This document shows positions 8,200 to 16,670 of a stretch of DNA of 64,000 bases, in pieces. The notes beneath the pieces are model-generated. The model saw nothing but the letters and a program-made list of their open reading frames with translations. It was not told the DNA's origin and ran no database searches. The position numbers and the translations under genes were made by a program. The stretch comes from Spirochaetota bacterium (GTDB lineage: Bacteria > Spirochaetota > Brachyspiria > Brachyspirales > JACRPF01), in NCBI GenBank assembly GCA_016214035.1, contig JACRPF010000004.1, forward strand, positions 144,322 to 208,321, given 5' to 3'. The first letter of the stretch is position 1; each line of letters begins with the position of its first letter.

Positions 8200-8916
8200 A
8201 TGGCCACCGAATCGCCCGAATCACCCGTAACCACATCCACCACGAACAAATGGACCAGCGAGCGTGTCCGTCAGGAAATAATCGCATTCATCGGTAAATA
8301 TCAGAAGATAATGCTCACCAGTCTGATAGCGGTGGTAGCCGCAGGCGTACTCGCCGCGGGATGGGCGATATATCAGAACAACCGCGTACTCATGATGAAC
8401 ACCACCTTCGAAAAAGGCTTTAATCTTTACCTTAGAAGCCAGCGCACACAGGATGCCTTCTCGGCGAATCAGTATGTAAACGAAGCAATCAGCACGCTTG
8501 AAACGGTGGAAAAAAAAGTGCGCGGCACGGCACTCGGCAACCGCGCGTCGTATATACTCGCCAACTGCTACTATCAGACCAAGAAAAGCGATGAAGCGAT
8601 CAAACGTCTGAAGAAAGTGAGCGAACAGCGCGGTTTTTATCTCGCACCGCAGGCGATGTACGACCTCATCATGATCACCGTGGAAGCGGGCAATTATGAT
8701 GACGCATTGATGTATGCCCAGAAGTTCAAGAAAATGTACGCAAAATCGTATCTTGCCGGAGAGGTGGTCATCACCGCTTCCACCGTATACCGCAAGCTCA
8801 ACGACCGCGAGAAGGCGGTAAACGTATTGAAAGAGTTCCTCAAGGCAAATCCGGAAAGCTCCTACAAAAAAAAGATGGCCGAGCGCGTTGCGCTTCTGGA
8901 AGCCAAGGTATTGTAA
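8200..8916 (+). CDS. Membrane-anchored TPR-like protein (YfgM/UPF0070-like)
   Basis: ORF track. One N-terminal TM (LTSLIAVVAAGVLAAGWAIY) followed by helical TPR-like repeats. Confidence 0.6.
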   Translation: MATESPESPVTTSTTNKWTSERVRQEIIAFIGKYQKIMLTSLIAVVAAGVLAAGWAIYQNNRVLMMNTTFEKGFNLYLRSQRTQDAFSANQYVNEAISTLETVEKKVRGTALGNRASYILANCYYQTKKSDEAIKRLKKVSEQRGFYLAPQAMYDLIMITVEAGNYDDALMYAQKFKKMYAKSYLAGEVVITASTVYRKLNDREKAVNVLKEFLKANPESSYKKKMAERVALLEAKVL

Positions 8917-10181
8917 TGCTCACCGCCGTTCAAGCAGATTCGCTCAGCCGTTCGATCGTATCGTTCGACGAAGCGGTTCTCCGGACGGTGGAAGGCATCG
9001 TAGCCGACGTCAAAGCTAACGGCGAAAGCGCGGTTGCCGCGTATGTAAAAAAGCATGACGGTGTCACCGCATCCAGCATCAACCTCACCATCGAACGCGC
9101 CGAAATCGAACGCGTCACCGAATTCCCCGATGGCAAAGTTTTAAAAGCGCTTCTCACCGCCAAAAGCAATATCGAACGGTTCCACCAGATGCAGCGTCAG
9201 CATTCGTTCTATACAGCGAACGCCGACGGCATGCTCGGACAGTCGGTGATACCGCTCGACCGCATCGCGGCATATGTCCCCGGCGGCAGGGCGTTACTTT
9301 TGAGTTCGCTCCTCATGGCCGTCATACCCGCCGTTGTTGCCGGCGTGCCGGATATCTCCATCATAACACCGCCGCAGCAGGACGGATCGATACGCGAGGA
9401 GATAATCTATCTCGCGAATATACTCGGCGTCAAACGCATCATCAAGGCGGGCGGCGCGCACGGCATTGCGTATGCGGCATTCGGCGGCGCACACCTGACA
9501 CCCGTGGACAAGATCGTCGGGCCCGGCAACGCGTATGTTACGCTCGCCAAAAAGACGATATACGGATATTGCGCCATAGACATGCTCGCGGGACCGTCCG
9601 AGATAATGATAATCGCCGACGACACGGCACAGCCTGCGGTGCTCGCGCGTGACCTTCTCGGTCAGGCGGAACACGACGAACGCGCGTCATCCATTCTTAT
9701 CAGCACCTCGCAGAAGCTCATCGATGCCGTCAACAAAGAGCTTGCCGTCATGGTACCCGCATCCCCGCGCCGGAGCATCATCGAAGTGTCGCTCGCGCAG
9801 AACGGAAAATCTGTCCTCGCCGCAAGTATCGCCGAAGCATTCAAAATTGCAAACAGGTTCGGACCGGAACACCTTGAAGTCATCGCGGCGATACCCGACA
9901 CGGAAGTTATCGCGAATGTACGCAACGCCGGTGCGCTTTTCATCGGCGGACACAGCCCCGAAGCGCTCGGGGATTATCTCATCGGCTCCAATCATGTGCT
10001 GCCTACCTACGGCGCAAGCCGTTTCGCCTCGGCACTCGGCGTCTACGACTTCTACCGCCGCGTAAACGTCATCGCCGCCAACCGCGACTATCTCGCGAAG
10101 GTCCGGGACGCCGTCAAGACGCTTGCGGAATACGAGGGCTTGTATGAGCATGGGGCTTCGGTGACCGAACGGTTCAAATAA
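8916..10181 (+). CDS. hisD: Histidinol dehydrogenase
   Basis: Motifs GPGNAYVTLAKK, AGPSEIMIIAD, QAEHDE and a HisD-like length. TAATG overlap with the upstream gene. Confidence 0.92.
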   Translation: MLTAVQADSLSRSIVSFDEAVLRTVEGIVADVKANGESAVAAYVKKHDGVTASSINLTIERAEIERVTEFPDGKVLKALLTAKSNIERFHQMQRQHSFYTANADGMLGQSVIPLDRIAAYVPGGRALLLSSLLMAVIPAVVAGVPDISIITPPQQDGSIREEIIYLANILGVKRIIKAGGAHGIAYAAFGGAHLTPVDKIVGPGNAYVTLAKKTIYGYCAIDMLAGPSEIMIIADDTAQPAVLARDLLGQAEHDERASSILISTSQKLIDAVNKELAVMVPASPRRSIIEVSLAQNGKSVLAASIAEAFKIANRFGPEHLEVIAAIPDTEVIANVRNAGALFIGGHSPEALGDYLIGSNHVLPTYGASRFASALGVYDFYRRVNVIAANRDYLAKVRDAVKTLAEYEGLYEHGASVTERFK

Positions 10182-10260
10182 CGTACCGTCGCTGCACATG
10201 CCGGTTGCGGGTTTCCCCCCTCCATGATATACTTCGTGCACCGTAATTTAAGGAGTTTTT

Positions 10261-11598
10261 GTGTCAATTACCATACGTCACGATAATGCAAAACGTTTTA
10301 TCGGCGAGCATGAACTCGCCTGTCTTACACCCGCGGCCATTGCGGCAAACAACATGCTCGCGAAAGGAACCGGCGCGGGGAACGATTTTCTCGGCTGGGT
10401 GAACCTTCCCACGCAGGCGAAAAAGGATGCAGCCGCGGTAAAAAAAGTGGCGCATGAGATACGCGACAACGCGGAAGTGCTTGTGGTCGCGGGCATCGGG
10501 GGATCGTACCTGGGCGCCCGGGCTGTCGTTGAATCGTTCGCCGATTCATTCGCGCTCGCGGGAGCAAAAAAAGGATCGCCCGCGATAGTATATGCGGGAA
10601 ACAATCTCTCGGGCCGTTACCACAATGAACTCATGCGCTATCTGGACGGCAAAGAGTTTTATGTGAACGTCATCTCGAAAAGCGGCACCACCACGGAACC
10701 GGCCATAGCATTCCGCCTCCTCAAGGAATACACCGAAAAACGGTACGGCGAAAAAGCATCCGAACGCATTATCGCCACAACCGACCGGGCCAAGGGCGCG
10801 CTCCGTACGCTTGCTACCGAAAAGAAATACAGAACATTCGTCATACCAGACGATGTGGGCGGACGGTACTCGGTGCTCACGCCGGTGGGACTCATCCCCA
10901 TCGCGGCGGCAGGCATCGATATCGACGGCATCATCGACGGCGCAATAGCGCAGGAGAAAGAGACCGCGTCTGACAGCATCGAGAAAAATACGGCGCTCCG
11001 TTATGCGGTGCTGCGCAATGCGCTTTATGCGAAGGGTTTTGCGACAGAAATAATGGTGAACTACATACCGCGGCTGCACTTCATTGCTGAATGGTGGAAG
11101 CAGCTCTACGGCGAGAGCGAAGGCAAGGATCAGAAGGGCATCTTCCCCGCGGCGGTCGATTTTACGACCGATCTTCACTCGCTCGGCCAGTATATCCAGG
11201 ACGGACGGCGGACATTGTTCGAAACGGTGCTCCGCGTCAAGAGCGACGGCAGCGACATCACCATGCAGAAAGCGGGCGACGACGCCGACGGCCTCAACTA
11301 TCTGGCCGGAAAGGGCATGCACGAGATCAACGACACGGCTCTCATGGCAACCGTGCTAGCGCATACCGACGGCGGCGTACCGAACCTTGCGCTCGAACTC
11401 GATGCGGTAAGCCCGTACACCATCGGCGAACTCCTCTATTGCTTCGAAAAGGCGTGTGGCATCAGCGGTTATATGCTCGGCGTAAACCCGTTCGATCAGC
11501 CGGGCGTTGAGGCGTATAAAAAGAACATGTTCGCACTGCTCGGGAAAAAGGGCTATGAAAAAGAACGTGAAGCGCTCATGGCCCGCGTGACACGTTGA
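10261..11598 (+). CDS. pgi: Glucose-6-phosphate isomerase (about 445-aa type)
   Basis: GTG start 5 nt after AAGGAG. Motifs GIGGSYLGARAV, SKSGTTTEP and DDVGGRYSVLTPVGL. Confidence 0.92.
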   Translation: MSITIRHDNAKRFIGEHELACLTPAAIAANNMLAKGTGAGNDFLGWVNLPTQAKKDAAAVKKVAHEIRDNAEVLVVAGIGGSYLGARAVVESFADSFALAGAKKGSPAIVYAGNNLSGRYHNELMRYLDGKEFYVNVISKSGTTTEPAIAFRLLKEYTEKRYGEKASERIIATTDRAKGALRTLATEKKYRTFVIPDDVGGRYSVLTPVGLIPIAAAGIDIDGIIDGAIAQEKETASDSIEKNTALRYAVLRNALYAKGFATEIMVNYIPRLHFIAEWWKQLYGESEGKDQKGIFPAAVDFTTDLHSLGQYIQDGRRTLFETVLRVKSDGSDITMQKAGDDADGLNYLAGKGMHEINDTALMATVLAHTDGGVPNLALELDAVSPYTIGELLYCFEKACGISGYMLGVNPFDQPGVEAYKKNMFALLGKKGYEKEREALMARVTR

Positions 11599-11650
11599 CG
11601 AATCCGAACAGATTACTACATTATTATGAAAACTTCTGGAGTCAATTCCC

Positions 11651-12631
11651 ATGGAATTAGATATAGTACGTGTCCGTTTCCATTACCATATCGGCAGGTT
11701 TAGATACAACATCACCGAACCGTTCGCTATCGGTGACACCTGCATCGTAAATACCGAAGAAGGACAGGACTACGGTACGGTGGTGAGCTTCACGAAAGTG
11801 GAGGACGCCCCGCCCGAAGCACTCGTCTTTTTCGATGAGCAGGGCACCGTGCAGGGCGACGGCAAAGGCAACGATATTCATGACGATGTCGACGAGGACT
11901 CTCGCGATCATCGTCACGCGCCGGCGAACCGTAAACAGCAGACGCGCGCGAAGAACGATCCGCACAAGATATATGAAGTGGTCCGCAAAGCGAACGCCGA
12001 AGATCTCAAACGCAACAAAGAAAACGAGGAGCTTGAGAAGCAGGCGTTCAAGGAATGCCGTGAGCGCATCGAGCATCATAAGCTCGACATGAAACTCATC
12101 AGTGCGCATTACTATTTCGACCGGTCAAAGCTCCTGTTCGAGTTCATCGCCGAACACCGCGTGGACTTCCGCGACCTGGTCAAGGACCTCGCGGGACATT
12201 TCCGCACGCGCATCGACCTCAGGCAGATAGGGGTGCGCGATGAGGCAAAAATCATCGGCGGCTGCGGCGTCTGCGGACGCGACCTCTGCTGCAACCGCAT
12301 GAAGGGCGACTTCGAGGCGATATCGATCAAGATGGCCCGCGAACAGAATCTGTCGCTGAACACGGCGAAGATTTCGGGTCTCTGCGGACGGCTCATGTGC
12401 TGTCTCTCGTACGAATACCACACCTACTGCGAAATCAAGAAAGGACTTCCCCGCCAGGGTGACCGCATCATCTTCAATGAAACCCCCGCTGAGATACGCG
12501 ACGTCAATCCGCTCAGCCGCAAAGTCCTCATCCAAACCGAGGATAAACGCATGCTGTACATCAAAGTTGACGACATTAAAAAAACGTCGGACGGACGGTC
12601 GGTCGTCACCATGGAAGTGACAAAAGAATAG
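11651..12631 (+). CDS. PSP1 domain protein (RicT/YaaT-like)
   Basis: Cys-rich PSP1 C-terminal signature GGCGVCGRDLCCNRMKGDFEAISIKMAREQNLSLNTAKISGLCGRLMCCLSYEY. Confidence 0.85.
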   Translation: MELDIVRVRFHYHIGRFRYNITEPFAIGDTCIVNTEEGQDYGTVVSFTKVEDAPPEALVFFDEQGTVQGDGKGNDIHDDVDEDSRDHRHAPANRKQQTRAKNDPHKIYEVVRKANAEDLKRNKENEELEKQAFKECRERIEHHKLDMKLISAHYYFDRSKLLFEFIAEHRVDFRDLVKDLAGHFRTRIDLRQIGVRDEAKIIGGCGVCGRDLCCNRMKGDFEAISIKMAREQNLSLNTAKISGLCGRLMCCLSYEYHTYCEIKKGLPRQGDRIIFNETPAEIRDVNPLSRKVLIQTEDKRMLYIKVDDIKKTSDGRSVVTMEVTKE

Positions 12632-12663
12632 CAGAATTATTTCTGCGCACAAGGAGCGGCACG

Positions 12664-14244
12664 ATGTCATACGCACTGGGTATTGAACTTTCCACGCAAT
12701 CGGCAAAAATGGTCGTCCTTGATGCGGAACATGGCACCGTCATATACACCGGCGGATTCACGTATGAACGCGAATTCCCGAAGTACGGGACAGTGAACGG
12801 CGTACTCCCCTCGCCCGACGCATCGGTACGGCACACGTCGCCTGCCATGCTCATCGAAGCACTCGACCGCGTATTCTCCATGCTGAAAAAAGACGGCGTC
12901 GACTGCACGAAGATTGCCGCGATAAAAGCGGATGCCATGCAGCACTGTACCGTGTATGCTGATGCCTCGCTTGCACAAAGGCTTCGGGCAATCGATCCGG
13001 CACATGACCTCGTCACGGCACTGTCGCCCTCGCTCTCGCGAAAGACCGCGCCCATCTGGGAAGACCGCAGCACCGGGACGGAGACAGCATTCATCGAACA
13101 GTCGGTAAAAAAGGGCGTGGTGAACGTCACCGGCAATCGCGCGGAACTTCGTTTCCCGCTCGCACAGATAATGAAATGGGGCAGAGAGAACCCGGCTGAG
13201 TACGCAGCCACCGCGCATATCATGCTGTTAAGCGCTTATCTCACGAGTATATTATGCGGGAAAATTTCACCGGTCGACACCGGCGACGGCTGGGGCACGA
13301 ATCTCAACACGGTAAACATTGGACACCCGGATTTCAGCGGTGACATGATAGCTGTCGCGGACCGGTATATCAACGTGTGCGGGAAGGACTCAGTCAAACG
13401 AAAGATCGGCGGCATGGCGCACTTCGATGCTCCCGCGGGAAAGATCAATCCGTACTTCACCGTAAAACACGGCGTCCCCGCGTCAGCGAAAATACTTGTC
13501 GGCACCGGCGACAATCCGGCGACGTTGCTCGGCTGCGGCGGCAACATCGTCATCTCGCTCGGTTCAAGCTATACCGTGAACGGCATCATGCGCAGGGTAA
13601 AACCATCCGCCGCCGGAGAGTACAACGTCTTCGGTTACACCAAAGGTACGGCGATAGCGCTCTCCTGTTTCACCAACGGCGGCAAACTGCATGAGACATT
13701 CGCGCGCCGGTATATCACTCCGGATGCAGCCGCGAATCTCACCTCCGCCGATTGGGACCGGTACCGCGACGCATGCGGTGCGCCGCTTCTGTCCGTCGAT
13801 GAACGACTCATGCTCCCTTACCTTATGGATGAATCTGTGCCGGTCAGAAAAGCGGGCATTATACGCGAAGGTTTCTCCGAAGACTCGCCGGAGAACATCC
13901 GGGCGCTGCATGTATCCCAGGCGCTGGCGATGAAAGTGCACAGCGCGCACCTGAGCGATGTCGACGAAATATGCGTTGTGGGCGGCGGAGCGCGGAACGT
14001 GTTCCTCCGTCAGGTCATCAGCGACATGTTCAACGCAAAGACCTATACCATAAGAAACGCGGACGTGGCCGCAGCATTCGGCTGTGCTATCAGTGCCGCA
14101 CGCGTCATCAGCGGTATATCCTATGAAGCGGCATTTGAACGATATCTCCAGAAAGACGCCGCCTCGGCATTGCTGCCGACCGGGAACGAACATGTTGTCG
14201 CGCGGCTCATCGAACGCTACAGCGGACTGGAAGGACGGGCTTGA
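12664..14244 (+). CDS. FGGY-family carbohydrate kinase (xylulokinase-like)
   Basis: N-terminal YALGIELSTQSAKMVVLD, GTGDNPATLLGCGG, and C-terminal VVGGGARNVFLRQVISDMF. Confidence 0.8.
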   Translation: MSYALGIELSTQSAKMVVLDAEHGTVIYTGGFTYEREFPKYGTVNGVLPSPDASVRHTSPAMLIEALDRVFSMLKKDGVDCTKIAAIKADAMQHCTVYADASLAQRLRAIDPAHDLVTALSPSLSRKTAPIWEDRSTGTETAFIEQSVKKGVVNVTGNRAELRFPLAQIMKWGRENPAEYAATAHIMLLSAYLTSILCGKISPVDTGDGWGTNLNTVNIGHPDFSGDMIAVADRYINVCGKDSVKRKIGGMAHFDAPAGKINPYFTVKHGVPASAKILVGTGDNPATLLGCGGNIVISLGSSYTVNGIMRRVKPSAAGEYNVFGYTKGTAIALSCFTNGGKLHETFARRYITPDAAANLTSADWDRYRDACGAPLLSVDERLMLPYLMDESVPVRKAGIIREGFSEDSPENIRALHVSQALAMKVHSAHLSDVDEICVVGGGARNVFLRQVISDMFNAKTYTIRNADVAAAFGCAISAARVISGISYEAAFERYLQKDAASALLPTGNEHVVARLIERYSGLEGRA

Positions 14245-14269
14245 TCTTCCGGTATTCTCCGGCGCTGAC

Positions 14270-14298
14270 TTGACAATACCCGCCTCCTGCCGTAGAAT
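14270..14298 (+). promoter_or_regulatory. Sigma-70-type promoter (TTGACA-17-TAGAAT)
   Basis: TTGACA 14270..14275, a 17-nt spacer, TAGAAT 14293..14298. Only 6 nt separate the -10 from the ATG at 14305. Confidence 0.55.
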
Positions 14299-14304
14299 GA
14301 ACAG

Positions 14305-15159
14305 ATGAACACGGGAAGTATAAATTGCAAAAAAATGCCTTTTTTCTGGCTTTTTTTGACAATACTCTTCAGTTTCGGCATACTGTCGCTTATCTCCTGC
14401 GGAGAACAGAATCCCAACGAGATTCCGCTGGCGCTGAATGTACCGCATATCACAAGGATTGTTCCCGGCGACGGAAAAATTACGGTATATTTCCAATCTC
14501 AGAATAACGAACCAGGATTCTCCGGCTATAATATATACTGGAGCGACGATATAGCCCAGCTGCAGAATCAACTCCTGCTGAACGAAACGTTGTCAAAACC
14601 TACGATAAAGGCACAGGCCTCCGTGATTATGCAGGAATATTCGTTCACCGTTGAACATAGTATCACGTACTTTAAATCCACCGCATCGAGCAACACGAGT
14701 GCGACAAAAGTATCGCTGTTCAACGGTCTGGTCTATTATTTTTATGTCAAGGCATATAACGGCCAGCCGGAATACGAAAGCACTTTCGACAGCGCGCTTA
14801 CGGCGAATGGATCACCTCGTCCGCAAACACTTTCATACAGGATGGATACGAACACCGGGCTCACCTTCGGCAGCGGACAGGTGAAAGTGCTGCTCACTAA
14901 TGACAGCGGCAGTCTCTATTTTCTGCCGATGTCAAACGGAATACAGCACATGGGCAGCGGTACGCTTACCTCGCTGACGGTTGCTCCCGCCAACGGCTAT
15001 GATACATTTCCCGTCATCGCTGCGGCGGGACATCTCTACGCCGTACGAACCGCCGTCACCAATTACGCGAAGATTGCTGTTCTGTCCACGGACATTTCAG
15101 GCGCCTTTGCCGTCATCGATTACTGCTATCAGCCGACCGCCGGCGTGGTGAGTTACTGA
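14305..15159 (+). CDS. Lipoprotein with FN3-like module, function unknown
   Basis: Signal peptide with lipobox LISC|GEQN. FN3-like pattern ITVYFQS..GFSGYNIYWSD..YYFYVKAYN. Alternative start at 14335. Confidence 0.7.
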   Translation: MNTGSINCKKMPFFWLFLTILFSFGILSLISCGEQNPNEIPLALNVPHITRIVPGDGKITVYFQSQNNEPGFSGYNIYWSDDIAQLQNQLLLNETLSKPTIKAQASVIMQEYSFTVEHSITYFKSTASSNTSATKVSLFNGLVYYFYVKAYNGQPEYESTFDSALTANGSPRPQTLSYRMDTNTGLTFGSGQVKVLLTNDSGSLYFLPMSNGIQHMGSGTLTSLTVAPANGYDTFPVIAAAGHLYAVRTAVTNYAKIAVLSTDISGAFAVIDYCYQPTAGVVSY

Positions 15160-15160
15160 T

Positions 15161-16024
15161 ATGCTGCGCCCGATACTGCTGTGCGTATGCGCGCTCATGA
15201 TCGCAAGCTGCGGTAACAGCCCAACCGCCGTCGTCGACTACTATGACATGCCCGCCGATGTCGTCATCATCCCCGGCAACCGCTCGCTCACGGTCAGATT
15301 TATCTCGATGCCTCAGGTTATCGATTTCCTGGGCTTCAACGTTTATATCGGCATTACTTCAAATCAAGGTTCCGTCACGCGTATCCCGGATTCGACCGGA
15401 GCCGTCCCGACATTCAATTACAAGGACAAAGTGACGACCAATTCCGTCATAAGCCTAACCATCACCAATGATGCGGCCAGTAACGCGCTTGTCAACGGAA
15501 CAACGTATTATATCGCCGTAACCGCCTACGGGACGAACGCATATAAGGATGTTGAAGGCGGCGGCAAAATCGAAACACCGCGCGGCACGCTGTTCCGCGG
15601 CACACCGCGCGAGGAAGGCGATATTGTCATATCCAATCAGTTCATGTATACCGCAGATAACGGCATCGCCTACAGTAGCGGCACCGGCAAATGCGTGCTG
15701 ACCAATGAGAATGTGATTGTGGCAAGTGTGGCGTCAGCGTTCTATACAAAAATCACCAACTACGCGGGTACTCCATCCGTAGCTCAGGCGTCGAGCGGTG
15801 CGCTCTCGGGCTTTGCTATTCAATGCATGGGCTATCGCGACGATCTGGCGTCCTGTCCGATCCCGGCCTCGGGATTTCTTGCCGCGGGTTCTTCATTCCC
15901 GCTCGCGCAGGGGCAGATATACGCACTCAACAACGGGACTGTCACCATCATGCTGCGCGTGACATCGGTTGTCGAAAACGCCGGTTCACTTGTATCGAGC
16001 ATCCATTGGGCCGTCATACCCTGA
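15161..16024 (+). CDS. Lipoprotein, paralog-like neighbour of 14305..15159
   Basis: Lipobox MIASC|GNS. LTVRFIS..FLGFNVYIG..TTYYIAVTAYG repeats the architecture of the upstream gene, and there is a 1-nt intergenic gap. Confidence 0.7.
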   Translation: MLRPILLCVCALMIASCGNSPTAVVDYYDMPADVVIIPGNRSLTVRFISMPQVIDFLGFNVYIGITSNQGSVTRIPDSTGAVPTFNYKDKVTTNSVISLTITNDAASNALVNGTTYYIAVTAYGTNAYKDVEGGGKIETPRGTLFRGTPREEGDIVISNQFMYTADNGIAYSSGTGKCVLTNENVIVASVASAFYTKITNYAGTPSVAQASSGALSGFAIQCMGYRDDLASCPIPASGFLAAGSSFPLAQGQIYALNNGTVTIMLRVTSVVENAGSLVSSIHWAVIP

Positions 16025-16049
16025 CACGGCGCCGCAAGGACATACTGAC

Positions 16050-16664
16050 ATGACACCGGTACTCTACGTAGCAACCAAGAACGACGGCAAACGGAGAGAG
16101 ATTGAACATCTCCTCGCAGGAACGTCATATGAGGTGCGATCGCTTCCACGGGAATATCCCGACATCCCCGAAACCGGCAGCACGTTCCATGCAAACGCGC
16201 TCCTCAAGGCGCAGGCCGCATATACGGCACTCGGATTTCCGGTCATCGCCGATGACTCGGGCCTTGTGGTTCCATCGCTCGGCGGCGCACCGGGAGTGCT
16301 CTCAGCCAGATACGCCGGCGAGAATGCCACGCCCGCCATGTTGGTGCAAAAACTCCTCGCCGTCATGCAGGATTTCGGCGACGCGAAACGCAGCGCGCAT
16401 TTTCGCACATCCCTTGTACTCATGCTCAGCAGCACGATGTACGCGTCATTTGACGGCATTGTTTACGGACGCATCATAACCGCGCCGAAGGGAACGAACG
16501 GCTTCGGATACGATCCGGTTTTCGTACCGAACGGCCATACGGCAACATTCGCGGAGATGACACTGGAAACCAAAAACCCCATGAGCCATCGCGGCATGGC
16601 AATGCGCAAGTTGAAATCTTTTCTGCAGCACCTGACACTATCTGCCGCCACGCCGTCCGGATGA
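16050..16664 (+). CDS. rdgB: Non-canonical purine NTP pyrophosphatase (RdgB/HAM1 family)
   Basis: Internal ATG of ORF 15969..16664 giving MTPVLYVATKNDGKRREI. Motifs DDSGLVV, GFGYDPVF and SHRG. The longer start would overlap the lipoprotein gene. Confidence 0.85.
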   Translation: MTPVLYVATKNDGKRREIEHLLAGTSYEVRSLPREYPDIPETGSTFHANALLKAQAAYTALGFPVIADDSGLVVPSLGGAPGVLSARYAGENATPAMLVQKLLAVMQDFGDAKRSAHFRTSLVLMLSSTMYASFDGIVYGRIITAPKGTNGFGYDPVFVPNGHTATFAEMTLETKNPMSHRGMAMRKLKSFLQHLTLSAATPSG

Positions 16665-16670
16665 TGCCCC

